The notes beneath the pieces were generated by a model. The model searched no databases and was not told the origin of the DNA. It worked only from the letters and a program-made list of their open reading frames with translations. From positions 14,442 to 78,441 of the forward strand of contig JAQBQT010000027.1 of the NCBI GenBank assembly GCA_028286835.1: 64,000 nucleotides of DNA, given 5' to 3'. Of the stretch, positions 1-9,562 are shown piece after piece; position 1 is the first letter of the stretch; every line of letters begins with the position of its first letter. A program made the position numbers and the translations under genes. This DNA is from Candidatus Parcubacteria bacterium (lineage in GTDB: Bacteria; Patescibacteriota; Minisyncoccia; Phycocordibacterales; PALSA-1337).

Positions 1-369
1 CGATGTGATCGAGAAGCCCTTGGAAATAAAGCCGCGGATGGCGGACTCACGGCCTGAGCCGACGCCCTTCACGACGATATCGATCTCCTTCAAGCCGATG
101 TTCTGCGCCTTGAGGGCGAGAGTCTCACCGACCTTGGCTGCTGCGAAGGGAGTTCCCTTCTTGGCACCGCGGAAACCTGCAGCTCCGGATGAGCCCCACA
201 TGAGGGCGTTGCCGCTCTTGTCGGTCAAAAGGACCTTGGTGTTGTTATAGGTCGACTGCACGTACAAAATGCCCGCTTCCACGCGCTTCTTGGCAGAAAC
301 AAGCTGCTTGGCCTTGCCGTCAGCAGATCCTTCGGTTCCCGGAGTTGTTACGATACGTTTTTTTCCCAT
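1..369 (-). CDS. rpsK: 30S ribosomal protein S11 (3' end runs off the window)
   Basis: Manual translation MGKKRIV...STYNNTKVLLTD...GFRGAKKGTPFAA...GVGSGRESAIR; directly downstream of rpsM. Confidence 0.97.
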   Translation of the reverse strand, partial: MGKKRIVTTPGTEGSADGKAKQLVSAKKRVEAGILYVQSTYNNTKVLLTDKSGNALMWGSSGAAGFRGAKKGTPFAAAKVGETLALKAQNIGLKEIDIVVKGVGSGRESAIRGFISKGFSITS

Positions 370-393
370 GATAGCTGTATTAAATGTTTCGGT

Positions 394-774
394 TTATGTC
401 TTTTCTTCCTTACGGCGTCCTGATCCCATAGTCTTTCGGACGTTGCCGCGGACAGTTCGGGAGTTCGTCTTCGTGCGCTGGCCCCGTGTCGGGAGGTTGC
501 GGGCGTGACGGGTGCCGCGGTATGCCTTGATGTCTTTGAGGCGCTTGATGTTGCCTGAGACCTCGCGCTTGAGGTTTCCCTCGATCTTGTAGCTCTCGAC
601 GAGCTTGCGGACCGTGTTCTCCTGGTCGACGGTGAGATCCTTCGGCTTCACAGTCGGGGAAACCTTGGCCTCGGAGAGGATGTAGCGGGCGCGAGAGCGG
701 CCGACTCCATAGATCGTCGTGAGGGCGATCTCCATCTGTTTATTGTCTGGCAGTGTTATTCCTAGTATACGCAT
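394..774 (-). CDS. rpsM: 30S ribosomal protein S13
   Basis: IALTTIYGVG...YRGTRHARNLPTRGQRTKTNSRT signature. Confidence 0.98.
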   Translation of the reverse strand: MRILGITLPDNKQMEIALTTIYGVGRSRARYILSEAKVSPTVKPKDLTVDQENTVRKLVESYKIEGNLKREVSGNIKRLKDIKAYRGTRHARNLPTRGQRTKTNSRTVRGNVRKTMGSGRRKEEKT

Positions 775-779
775 ATGAA

Positions 780-896
780 TTATCCTTGTCGCTGCTTATG
801 GCGAGGGTTCGACTTGCAGACGATATACACATAGCCGCCGCGACGGACGACATTGCATTTCGGACATATCTTTTTGACTGCTGATCGTACTCGCAT
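780..896 (-). CDS. rpmJ: 50S ribosomal protein L36 (zinc-ribbon form)
   Basis: Not in the ORF track; manual translation [38 protein letters not shown]; lies between infA and rpsM. Confidence 0.97.
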   Translation of the reverse strand: MRVRSAVKKICPKCNVVRRGGYVYIVCKSNPRHKQRQG

Positions 897-901
897 GTTT
901 T

Positions 902-1123
902 TTATAAGCGTCTGATAATTCGCGCCCTGCCTCCGTACGGATCCTGTATCAATTCGACACGGTCACCGACGAGCACGCGGATACGGTTCATTTTCATCTT
1001 TCCGGCGAGATAAGCCAACAGGACTGTGTCGGTCCCTTCTGGGGTTACTCGAAACAAAGTATCAGGCAATGCCTCTACGACAGTGCCAAGGACGGTGTTT
1101 TTCGGTTGAGGAGCGGTATCCAT
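902..1123 (-). CDS. infA: translation initiation factor IF-1
   Basis: [14 protein letters not shown]...[21 protein letters not shown]. Confidence 0.96.
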   Translation of the reverse strand: MDTAPQPKNTVLGTVVEALPDTLFRVTPEGTDTVLLAYLAGKMKMNRIRVLVGDRVELIQDPYGGRARIIRRL

Positions 1124-1193
1124 TGCGTATAAACGCGTTTGAGCATACTAGCAGATGGTTATTATACCGTCAATGGGTATAGCCATTTTTGTG

Positions 1194-2579
1194 CTATTTA
1201 TCCTTCACGACGATCGAAATCCTGCTCTCGTCATTAGGCACCGACATGCTCCACGATGGGAAAAGCTCGCCCGAGCTCTTGCCTATGTCGATAATGGCGG
1301 AATATGCCTTGAGAATGGCGCTTGTCTGGGCCAGAGAGAGGCCTGCAAGCTTCTGTTTGAGCGTCGCAACAGGGATTATTCCTACGAGCTTCACGTTTCC
1401 CTTGACCTTCGCTATAAGAGTCCCCTGCTGGGCCGGAGAGAATTCGGACGGGTTGGTGATCACGAATGAAAGCGACTCCAGGCCGGGCGCGCGGTATGGA
1501 AAGGCATTGAATGAATTGACCTTCTCCGCGCCGACGAGCTTAACGATGAGATCGCTCGTTTTGAAGAGCACCCCGTACAAAGTCCCGGTCAGCGCGACCG
1601 TCGCCGAGTCTGTCGTCGTGCCTGAAATAGCCGCAGGCGCGAATGAAGTCTTGTACGCATTGTCATACATGATGTATCCCTCGGGCACTGCGGCTTTTGC
1701 CTTGGCGAGAAGCTCTGCAGTGAGCGCGGTCTGGAGGTTCGCTGTCGTCGACGCGAGAAGCGTCTTGTCCACGGTCTTCTTCTGCCCCGCGAATCCTCCG
1801 CTTATGTCAGACGCGGGATGCCCGTAGAAGCCCGCATACCTCGGACCTCCCTGGTACGCAACTATCTTGAACGTAAGCGCTGAGTTCGATTTCGGGATAT
1901 TGTATTCTGCGCCGGCTTGATCGGCGATCACATTCACGGCAAGGCTGCCAGGGGTTATGCCCTTCGATGTGAGCGTGTATCCCGGAACGACAACAGTTCC
2001 CGTGAGGCGGTATATCAGACCGGAATCGGAGGAAAGCCTCGTTCCCGCGTTCAGGCGCTGTGAATCCTTTGAATATGTATTGTACAGAGTGACGACGCCG
2101 GACGCCTTGGTCGAGGAAAATGCCCCAGTCGTTGCCGGCACGGATGTTTTGGCGCTTCCGGTGAATGTCGAAGTCTTATATGAGAGATATCCGAGCGTGC
2201 TCGTGGCTGAGGCGACGATGGTCGTGTCTACCGGAGCGTCGATGGTGACGGGAACGATGGTGAATGTGGCGCGCGAGAAATAGATAGATGCGGCATATCC
2301 CGCGATGGCCACGAATGCGATCACGAGAAAGCTCGTGATGAGCCACCAGTTGCGCGCCTTCCTGGCCTTGCGCTTGGCCGGATCGGGAAAGCCCTTGCCG
2401 GCATTGCCCACATGGATCGGAGCAGTGACCTTGAGCTTGTGTATGGGGACTTCGCGGGCGATGTCTGGTTTCGGTACGGGGGCCTTTCCGCCTTTTTTCA
2501 ATGGTTCGGGAATGTCGATCGGCGTGTCACGGATCGATCGTCGGTCGCTTCTTACAATGTCTTCGACTCTTCGGGGCAT
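1194..2579 (-). CDS. membrane-anchored protein with baseplate J/gp47-like domain
   Basis: Basic N-terminus, one TM helix (WWLITSFLVIAFVAIAGYAASIYF), then ASGVVTLYN...AGTRL..DSGLIY...VIADQAGAEYNI resembling baseplate J beta-repeats. Confidence 0.6.
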   Translation of the reverse strand: MPRRVEDIVRSDRRSIRDTPIDIPEPLKKGGKAPVPKPDIAREVPIHKLKVTAPIHVGNAGKGFPDPAKRKARKARNWWLITSFLVIAFVAIAGYAASIYFSRATFTIVPVTIDAPVDTTIVASATSTLGYLSYKTSTFTGSAKTSVPATTGAFSSTKASGVVTLYNTYSKDSQRLNAGTRLSSDSGLIYRLTGTVVVPGYTLTSKGITPGSLAVNVIADQAGAEYNIPKSNSALTFKIVAYQGGPRYAGFYGHPASDISGGFAGQKKTVDKTLLASTTANLQTALTAELLAKAKAAVPEGYIMYDNAYKTSFAPAAISGTTTDSATVALTGTLYGVLFKTSDLIVKLVGAEKVNSFNAFPYRAPGLESLSFVITNPSEFSPAQQGTLIAKVKGNVKLVGIIPVATLKQKLAGLSLAQTSAILKAYSAIIDIGKSSGELFPSWSMSVPNDESRISIVVKDK

Positions 2580-2614
2580 GATGGATACATCTTATCACAT
2601 TAGTATCGGATCGC

Positions 2615-3781
2615 TCACAATCTGCCCTCTGCGAGCTTGCGAATGGCGATCGAATACGAGCTGATGATCCTCCAATGATGGGCTGCTGATGCGAATATCA
2701 CATTGGGCATGGCTTCGCTCGGAGACCAGGCCTCGATTCGGCCTCCCGGATGGACCGTCGCGAGGCTCTGCACGAAAAAATCTTCGTGGGAGCGCGCGGC
2801 AACCAGCACATCGCGGCCGAGCGAGCTCTGAAGGGACGTATCCTTGAATAATTTGGAAAGCTCCCCGCTCCAGCCTGCGGCCATCGCCTTCATGACCGAA
2901 GCCGTTGAGGAGGCATGCTCAGGGTCCAGGCGATTGCCGAGATAGAGCGAGATCAAGGAATCGGCTGTTTGAATATCCATCTTCGTAGAGTGGGCGATCT
3001 TGCGGATGATGGTATTGATGCCCATCGGATACGAGCCGAAAAAAGTGCACGAGCCGTTCTTGACCGAAAGGACGTCGGTCAATTCACCGTGGATATGAAC
3101 GAGCGTATATGTGGTCCGTTCCGGCATCGCAGCAAGGACACCAACGTACTGGAGGAGGAGCGATGAATGGAAATGGATGCGGGACGGACGGATGATGTGC
3201 TCGCAGCTTTCTCTGAAGCGCCTGATGGTGTCCGAGCCGCCTACCGTGACGGCGTAAGATATTTCGAGAAGATGAGCCTGCTTGTTCTCCCACACTAAGA
3301 CAGAATAACCGTTCAGGCGGACATCGAATATCTTTTCCTCGATGGTTTCGAGGGGTCCGTCCGTGTCAGGCATGAGCTTCTTTCGTTCTTCGTCAAGGAT
3401 CTCGCGGACCTTCTTGTCCGTGATGGCGGTGTTCTTATCGAGCGCAAGCGAGAGCGTGCGCGCCTGGGATGCGATCCATGGCGACGACAGGACGTAGTGG
3501 ATCTCTTCGACCGTATGCGGCATGAGGCCTTCTGCATCTGCGTGGCTTTGCGCGTGAAGGTCCTTCATGGCCGCGTCTATGGTCTGCGAAAGAGCCTTGA
3601 GCGTGGTCTTTATGAAATACGGCGTGCCGACATTGGGCTTGAATGGGATCGGGCGCTCGTCTACGAACAGGATGCGGATCGGCTCGCCGATACGGTACCA
3701 GACGAGCGAGCTTCGGGCTACCGAGCTCTGGATTTCAAGAAGGAGGATTATTTTCCCGCTGGTTTTTGGGGAGAAGAGCAT
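2615..3781 (-). CDS. divergent FtsA/actin-like fold protein
   Basis: N-terminal LLEIQSSVARS and internal LVHIHGELTDV...PMGINTI motifs resemble degenerate FtsA/PilM phosphate-1/2 motifs. Confidence 0.55.
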   Translation of the reverse strand: MLFSPKTSGKIILLLEIQSSVARSSLVWYRIGEPIRILFVDERPIPFKPNVGTPYFIKTTLKALSQTIDAAMKDLHAQSHADAEGLMPHTVEEIHYVLSSPWIASQARTLSLALDKNTAITDKKVREILDEERKKLMPDTDGPLETIEEKIFDVRLNGYSVLVWENKQAHLLEISYAVTVGGSDTIRRFRESCEHIIRPSRIHFHSSLLLQYVGVLAAMPERTTYTLVHIHGELTDVLSVKNGSCTFFGSYPMGINTIIRKIAHSTKMDIQTADSLISLYLGNRLDPEHASSTASVMKAMAAGWSGELSKLFKDTSLQSSLGRDVLVAARSHEDFFVQSLATVHPGGRIEAWSPSEAMPNVIFASAAHHWRIISSYSIAIRKLAEGRL

Positions 3782-3805
3782 GGGGAAATTATAGCATGAA
3801 TGAAA

Positions 3806-3923
3806 AACAGATAAGGATTATGGATTGTCACAACCGGTGTCGGACCCCGCTGGGTCCGCACCTCTTTCTCAGACGCCTTCGCGTCTTCCGAAGAGTTGTT
3901 CCAACCCATAATCCTTATCTGTT
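3806..3923 (-). ncRNA. structured intergenic element, copy A (18-bp perfect inverted repeat enclosing two hairpins; terminator-like)
   Basis: aacagataaggattatgg (3806-3823) / ccataatccttatctgtt (3906-3923); internal hairpins 3836-3862 and about 3862-3895; U-run follows on the minus strand. Confidence 0.6.
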
Positions 3924-3944
3924 CTCATCACGCCCAGCTAGTCC

Positions 3945-5804
3945 CTATCCTAAGACAGCCTTGATGCGTCGAATGCCCTGTGAGATGGCTTCTTCCTTCT
4001 GGATCTTGAACTTCCACTTCCCTTCGGGACCTGCGAGTTCGGATGTATTCTTCACGTGAGGGCCGCCGCAGAATTCTTTTGAGTACGCGGAAGCGATATC
4101 GTTGCCGATGAAGTAAATGGAGATCTCGTCGCCATATTTTTCAGCAAAGAAATGGCGGGCGCCGGTCTTCTCGGCTTCGGCCTTCGGCATGGTGACCTGA
4201 TTCACGGGCATTTTGGCGGCTATCTTCTCGTTAATGATGTCCTCGACACGCTTCTTCTCATCGTCGGTCATCTTGGCTCCGTATGAAAAATCGAAACGCA
4301 GGCGCTCTGCGGTGATGTTGGATCCTTTCTGGCCCACTCCCTCTCCGAGCACGTCATGGAGGGCCTGATGCAGGAGGTGCGTCGCGGTGTGATAGCGGAC
4401 GACCTGAGGATCGTCGGCATTTGCGAGGCCGCCTTTGAATTTCTGCTCGGCGCCTGCGCGCGAGAGGTCTTGATGCTTCTTGAATTCCGCTTCGAAGGCC
4501 GCAGTGTCTACCGTCAGGCCTCTTTCTGCGGCAAGCTCCTTGGTCACGTCGATGGGCAGGCCGTATGAAGAGAAAAGAAGGAACGCATCAGCGCCTGAGA
4601 CATTGCCTGATACGGCGAGCCGGTCGAATTCCTTCATGCCATGTGCGAGAGCTTCGGCGAACTTGGTCGCTTCATCGAGCAGTACCTGCTTGATCGTGTC
4701 GGACTTCTGGGCGAGCTCCGGATATGCGACAAGGTATGTGTTCGTGAGCGTATCGACAAATTTTGAAATGCGTCCGGCATCGAGCTTCTTGTCCGTCATG
4801 CTTATGGTCGCGCGGCGGATGAGGCGGCGGAGGATGTATCCACGGTCTGTATTCGAAGGTATGACGCCGTCGGCGATGAGAAATGTGCTCGCGCGAAGGT
4901 GGTCGGCAATGACACGCTTGTTGCGCAGGCTCTGCGACGGATTCTTCATGAGGTCCATGACCGGTTTCAGGAGATCGGTGTCGTATATGTTGTCGACGCC
5001 TTGCAAGGTCATTGTCAGGCGCTCGAGGCCGGCACCGGTATCGACGGAAGGCTTCGGAAGCTTGCCGATGATCACGCCGTCCTTCTTCTCATATTGCATG
5101 AAGACGTCATTCCAGATCTCGATGATGTCGCGCACGTCGTCAGCCTGGACGTATTCGGCATGCGTAAGGGTCCTGCCGGCGAATTTTCCGGAGACGTCGT
5201 AGAACATCTCGGTGTCAGGGCCGCACGGGCCGTTGTCGCCTGCTTCCCACCAGTTGTTCTTGGCTGGCATATAGAAGATGCGGCCGGCTTCGCCCTGCGT
5301 CGTATCGCCTCCGGCATCGATGCGGTTCTTCTTGAAGATCTCGCGCCAGATGGCAGCCGCTTCGGTGTCGCGCGGAGCGACCGCATCGCCCTCGAATACG
5401 GTCACGTACAGGCGCTGAGGATCAAGGCCGAGGCCCTCTTCCTTGTTGGTCAGGAATTCATAGCTCCAGTTGATCGCCTCTTCCTTGAAATAATCGCCGA
5501 GGGACCAGTTGCCGAGCATCTCGAAGAACGTCGCGTGCGTCTTGTCACCTATGTCGTCTATGTCCACAGTGCGGAGGCATTTCTGGGCGTCCACGAGGCG
5601 GGTCCCGGCCGGGTGCTGCTTGCCGAGCAAGAAAGGCACGAGAGGCTGCATGCCTGCCGTATTGAAGAGGGTCGCGTTCGTTACGCCCTTCTCGTCAGGG
5701 GTGACAAGCGACGCGGACGGTATGACCGCATGCCCGCGCTTCTCGAAAAATGCCAGGAATCGAAGGCGTATTTCAGCCGATGTCATCGGCGAGATTGGGT
5801 TCAT
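3945..5804 (-). CDS. alaS: alanine--tRNA ligase (short form, no C-Ala domain)
   Basis: LFNTAGMQPLVP, HATFFEMLGNWSLGDYFK, HTATHLLH and FCGGPHV editing motifs. Confidence 0.98.
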   Translation of the reverse strand: MNPISPMTSAEIRLRFLAFFEKRGHAVIPSASLVTPDEKGVTNATLFNTAGMQPLVPFLLGKQHPAGTRLVDAQKCLRTVDIDDIGDKTHATFFEMLGNWSLGDYFKEEAINWSYEFLTNKEEGLGLDPQRLYVTVFEGDAVAPRDTEAAAIWREIFKKNRIDAGGDTTQGEAGRIFYMPAKNNWWEAGDNGPCGPDTEMFYDVSGKFAGRTLTHAEYVQADDVRDIIEIWNDVFMQYEKKDGVIIGKLPKPSVDTGAGLERLTMTLQGVDNIYDTDLLKPVMDLMKNPSQSLRNKRVIADHLRASTFLIADGVIPSNTDRGYILRRLIRRATISMTDKKLDAGRISKFVDTLTNTYLVAYPELAQKSDTIKQVLLDEATKFAEALAHGMKEFDRLAVSGNVSGADAFLLFSSYGLPIDVTKELAAERGLTVDTAAFEAEFKKHQDLSRAGAEQKFKGGLANADDPQVVRYHTATHLLHQALHDVLGEGVGQKGSNITAERLRFDFSYGAKMTDDEKKRVEDIINEKIAAKMPVNQVTMPKAEAEKTGARHFFAEKYGDEISIYFIGNDIASAYSKEFCGGPHVKNTSELAGPEGKWKFKIQKEEAISQGIRRIKAVLG

Positions 5805-5843
5805 GTGGAAAAATATAGCAGTTTTTGGGGATTTTGCGAAATG

Positions 5844-7655
5844 CTAGTAGCGCTTCTTCGCTGAGATCTTCTTTGTCTTAGAGGTAAGCTGTTCGAGTTT
5901 TTTAATATCCTCTTCTATCTCCTTGAGGCCTTCCCTCCAGAAATCAGGCTTCGAAACATCGATACCTATGGAACTAAGGATGTTTTCAGGGGAATCTTTA
6001 CCTCCAGACGATAGGAATTGTTCGATCTTCGGCCAGAATGATGCATCGGCTCGATAGCGACGCAAGAGAGCATTGGATACAAGGAGACCGTATGCATATG
6101 AGTACACATAGAAGAAGCGCCGTATGTGGCCCCAATGTACAAAGAAGTATCCCTCATCACGCGTAAGCTTAAAGGCTGGGCCGAGATAGGCCTGCATATT
6201 CCTATTATGTGCATCAGCGATTTCATCGGAGGACATGAATCCTTTGGTCTTGATGGTCTCGTGCAGTTCTTTTTCAAAATTGAAGCACGCTATCTGACGG
6301 AATACCGTAGAAACAGAATCATTGATCTTATCATGGAGAATGACTATCTTTTCGGTATCGGAAAGAGAGTCATAGACTGCGTCCAGAGCGATCGATTCGA
6401 AAAGCGTGCTCGCAGTCTCGGCGAGTGCCATCGAATAATTAAAGTAGATCAGCTTCTGGGACTTGGAAAGCTCTGTGTGGAATGCATGACCAAGCTCATG
6501 GGCAATAGTAGTGAATGATTGCAGGTCATCAACATGATTGAGAAGCACGAATGTCGGTAGGCTGTAGGACCCAGAGCAGTATGCGCCACCGGTCTTCCCT
6601 ACGCGTGGCATAACGTCGATTTGACCGTTCTGTATGTATTCATTGATAAATGCAGGATATTTCGCGTCGAGTTTGCCGAAAGATTTCTTAACGATTTCAA
6701 TACTGTGATCAAACGAGAAGGTGGCTTTTACCAAACCAATTTTCGCTGCCCTGTCTGAGTAGGCAAGGGATTTTAACTTAAGAAGTTTTGCCTTGAGTTT
6801 GTGGAAACGGTGTGCGATCGGAAATCCAGCCGTGACCGTTCTGACAAGCGATTCAACGACGGCAGGATCATTTCTATACACACGGACGGTCGATTCGTAT
6901 GGGGTTTTGTAGCCTCGCAATTCATCGTTTATCCTCTTATTTGTGAAGATCGCGTTAATCTCGGCTTCGGAGAATGGTGCTACTGTCTTAAGAACAGCTG
7001 AAATCTCTGCATTGAGGTGGTTGCGCTCTTTTGCGCTCGGTAGGCCGGCAAGCATATTAAAGGCTTGCGCTATCGGCAGCTTCTTTCCTTTCCATTGAAC
7101 CGTGCGCATGTTCAGCAGTTTCTGATTGCCCGCTACCCACATCTCGTATGCGGGTTGCGATTTGAGACTCATTATCTTCTCCTCTTCGATAGACAAGTTG
7201 TGCTTCGCATCATCAAAGATTCTTTCCAGGAATATTTTGTATTCCAAGAGGTTGGTATCGGAAAGAAATTCCGATTGTTTCTCAACAGGAACCTTTCCAA
7301 GCCGAATAGGAAAAAAGGTTAGCTTGTTGTCTGCTTTTGTCAGTCGATTTTCCAGAAGGGCTATGTTAGAAATAGCGTCCTTATTTTCTGCTTCGATATC
7401 ACGTAAATAATAAAAATACAAAGCAGGTTTTTCGCTTGATGCCCGCATTTTTTCCATATCGCGAATTGCTGAGGCTAAGACCTTTGGATCTTTCAGAAAC
7501 TCTTTCTCGATCGTATCGTATTTCTTTGCGAATGCTTCATGTGCACGCTCTATCGCCTTCACGTCCTTTTCGATCTGTGGGTCCGTCGTAGAAGAATAGA
7601 GAAGACTGAGATTCCAAGTCGGCAATTTCTTCAAAGGTTTCTTATTGGTCTTCAT
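5844..7655 (-). CDS. pepF: M3 family oligoendopeptidase (PepF-like)
   Basis: PTWNLSLLY start, GKTGGAYC, AHELGHAFH zincin motif, LAETAS, FYVYSYAYG. Confidence 0.9.
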   Translation of the reverse strand: MKTNKKPLKKLPTWNLSLLYSSTTDPQIEKDVKAIERAHEAFAKKYDTIEKEFLKDPKVLASAIRDMEKMRASSEKPALYFYYLRDIEAENKDAISNIALLENRLTKADNKLTFFPIRLGKVPVEKQSEFLSDTNLLEYKIFLERIFDDAKHNLSIEEEKIMSLKSQPAYEMWVAGNQKLLNMRTVQWKGKKLPIAQAFNMLAGLPSAKERNHLNAEISAVLKTVAPFSEAEINAIFTNKRINDELRGYKTPYESTVRVYRNDPAVVESLVRTVTAGFPIAHRFHKLKAKLLKLKSLAYSDRAAKIGLVKATFSFDHSIEIVKKSFGKLDAKYPAFINEYIQNGQIDVMPRVGKTGGAYCSGSYSLPTFVLLNHVDDLQSFTTIAHELGHAFHTELSKSQKLIYFNYSMALAETASTLFESIALDAVYDSLSDTEKIVILHDKINDSVSTVFRQIACFNFEKELHETIKTKGFMSSDEIADAHNRNMQAYLGPAFKLTRDEGYFFVHWGHIRRFFYVYSYAYGLLVSNALLRRYRADASFWPKIEQFLSSGGKDSPENILSSIGIDVSKPDFWREGLKEIEEDIKKLEQLTSKTKKISAKKRY

Positions 7656-7657
7656 TT

Positions 7658-7990
7658 TTATTTTAGTATCGCAGCCAAGCCGTCGGTAAGCGCAGTCTCA
7701 AGTTTTCCCTTGAAGAGCATCGCAGCCATCGGGAGCTTGGCGGTGACCTCAACCTTATCTGCCAAAACCGAGATAGTGCCTGATATGGATTGTCCCTGGG
7801 CCGTGAACGTGAATTCACATGCATTTCCTTCCCACTTCTGCTCAAGCGTTCCGGAAACGGGAGGCACGCCTGGCGCTTGTATCGGGCCTCCAGATAGTTT
7901 CAACTGGGCCTGATCCATGAAGACCTTGATGCGGCTTTGAGCCTCTTCCTGGCCGAGCGTATGAGGAGCCGATGCGTGTAGTGTGGACAT
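7658..7990 (-). CDS. putative polyhydroxyalkanoic-acid-system (PHA_gran_rgn-like) protein
   Basis: PHTLGQEEAQSRI...WEGN..FTF...GQSISGTI.V....V.V...LP..A..FKGKLE pattern. Confidence 0.65.
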   Translation of the reverse strand: MSTLHASAPHTLGQEEAQSRIKVFMDQAQLKLSGGPIQAPGVPPVSGTLEQKWEGNACEFTFTAQGQSISGTISVLADKVEVTAKLPMAAMLFKGKLETALTDGLAAILK

Positions 7991-7998
7991 AGAGAGTA

Positions 7999-8619
7999 TT
8001 ATGCAAACTTTTTTAAAATATGGAAGTCCGTTATGAGCGTCTCGCGCATGCCGCCATTGTAGAGCGCTGCGGCGGGATGATACAAGGTGATGATGGTGAC
8101 CGGATGGGACCCATGGTCCTCATCGAAATACGCTGTCTCGAATGTCTTGCCGTGGATCTTGCTGATGGGCTCCAATTCCAGGTCCAGATCATATCGCTGC
8201 ATGACATAGTTCATGCTGTGGCGCCCCAGCGTGGCGATGACCTTGGGCTGAATGATCTGCACCTGCCGGTCAAGGAATGGCGCATATAGGGCGATCTCTT
8301 CAGGCGTCGGATCGCGATTCTCAGGCGGGCGATCCTTGACCATGTTGGTAATGTAGACATCCTCGCGCTTGAGGCCGATAGAGGCGATGAGCTCATCGAG
8401 GAATTTCCCTGCAGCACCGCAGAAAGACCTCCCTGTCTTTGCTTCAGTCTGCCCGGGCGCTTCGCCGACGAACATGATGCTCGCATCGTGGCTCCCCTCC
8501 CCGATCACAGGGAAATATTTATTCCTGGTGCGATACTCATATAAGGGCGAGGCCTTGAATTCAAGAAGCTCGTCCCGGATCTTCTTCAGCTTTTCGTATT
8601 TGTCATTCTTGGTAGCCAT
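7999..8619 (-). CDS. uracil-DNA glycosylase family 4
   Basis: FVGEAPG, YITNMVKDRPPENRDP, YHPAA motifs. Confidence 0.93.
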   Translation of the reverse strand: MATKNDKYEKLKKIRDELLEFKASPLYEYRTRNKYFPVIGEGSHDASIMFVGEAPGQTEAKTGRSFCGAAGKFLDELIASIGLKREDVYITNMVKDRPPENRDPTPEEIALYAPFLDRQVQIIQPKVIATLGRHSMNYVMQRYDLDLELEPISKIHGKTFETAYFDEDHGSHPVTIITLYHPAAALYNGGMRETLITDFHILKKFA

Positions 8620-8649
8620 GATGGTTTGCTCTGATCCGATGAGCGAGGT

Positions 8650-9501
8650 TTATTTCGCCTGCTGGACCACCGCCTGTGCCTCGGTCAGGATGCGCTCGAC
8701 TCCTTCCTCCTTTATGCCCACTTCGTGCAGCATCGAAGGCTTGCCGATGAGGTCTATGCAGGTCATGATGCCGCGTCCTATGATGTCGCGCTTCTCCTGA
8801 TGCGTGAGCGTAGTGAGAACCGTTATCGGATGGAGCCCGTTCCGTTCGATTATCTCATGGAGGTTGTCATGTTCCGGATAGTTCCAGGATATGAGGCGTA
8901 TGTTGTTGCAGGTCGCATACTTCACGGCCATGTCGGTGAACTTGGTGTTCGTGATGAGGTAGTGGCCTTCGGTCGAGATCTTTCGCTCCTTTTTTCCGTA
9001 ATCAAAGACAGTCTCGGCTATATCGTCAAAGCGTGCCTTCACATAGAGCGCTACTTTGAGATCTGACTTGAGGCCGAGAACGTTGTGGAACTTTGCTTCG
9101 GCCATGATGAGCTCGTCTCCCTTCCAGGCGACGACATCGATCTCGTGCGGCACACATACGCCCTGCACGATCTGGTCGGTGACGGCTTCATAGCCCCAGA
9201 GCTCGAATATGCGTGCGACAAATTTCTCGAACGGAAAGCCGTCAGGGCCGAGGTCGAAGAGCGCACGACGGATGGAGTATTTGACCGCAGTCGGCCGGTG
9301 ATATTTTCTGAGGAGCGAGAAGGCTTTGCTATAGATGTCGGTCGTGGACATGCCGTTCTCTAGCCCGTTCTCTATCTCGTCGGTGATGTCATCCACCACT
9401 TCCGGCGAGGTGCCGGCTCGCTTCAGGGAATTCTCCAGCTTCGCCTGATCGAATAACTCGGTGCTGCCGTCTGATTTGATGATGGAAACTGGGGTGCTCA
9501 T
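8650..9501 (-). CDS. ATP-cone domain + Mrr-like restriction endonuclease domain protein
   Basis: IIKSDGSTELFDQAKLENSL (ATP cone), GFPFEKFV, HEIDVVA..EAKFH (PD-(D/E)xK); start moved to 9501 because TATAAT lies 6 nt upstream. Confidence 0.85.
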   Translation of the reverse strand: MSTPVSIIKSDGSTELFDQAKLENSLKRAGTSPEVVDDITDEIENGLENGMSTTDIYSKAFSLLRKYHRPTAVKYSIRRALFDLGPDGFPFEKFVARIFELWGYEAVTDQIVQGVCVPHEIDVVAWKGDELIMAEAKFHNVLGLKSDLKVALYVKARFDDIAETVFDYGKKERKISTEGHYLITNTKFTDMAVKYATCNNIRLISWNYPEHDNLHEIIERNGLHPITVLTTLTHQEKRDIIGRGIMTCIDLIGKPSMLHEVGIKEEGVERILTEAQAVVQQAK

Positions 9502-9562
9502 AGGGCAATTATAGGTATAAAGAGGCCAAAACACAAAACAGCCGCCTGATGCGGCTCCTCTG

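Noticed and set aside
1194-2579. Prophage or contractile injection system
   Set aside because: No sheath, tube, terminase, portal or integrase genes; the protein has a TM anchor and core-gene neighbours.
3806-3923. Group II intron remnant (bulged A as domain VI), hammerhead ribozyme or T-box
   Set aside because: No domain V AGC/CGC triad hairpin, no CUGANGA...GAAA core and no T-box consensus; it lies downstream, not upstream, of alaS.
4899-5864. Long plus-strand ORFs antisense to core genes (also 9617-10591, 26755-27531, 48214-49182)
   Set aside because: Shadow ORFs expected from GC-rich codon bias on the opposite strand; no recognisable motifs.
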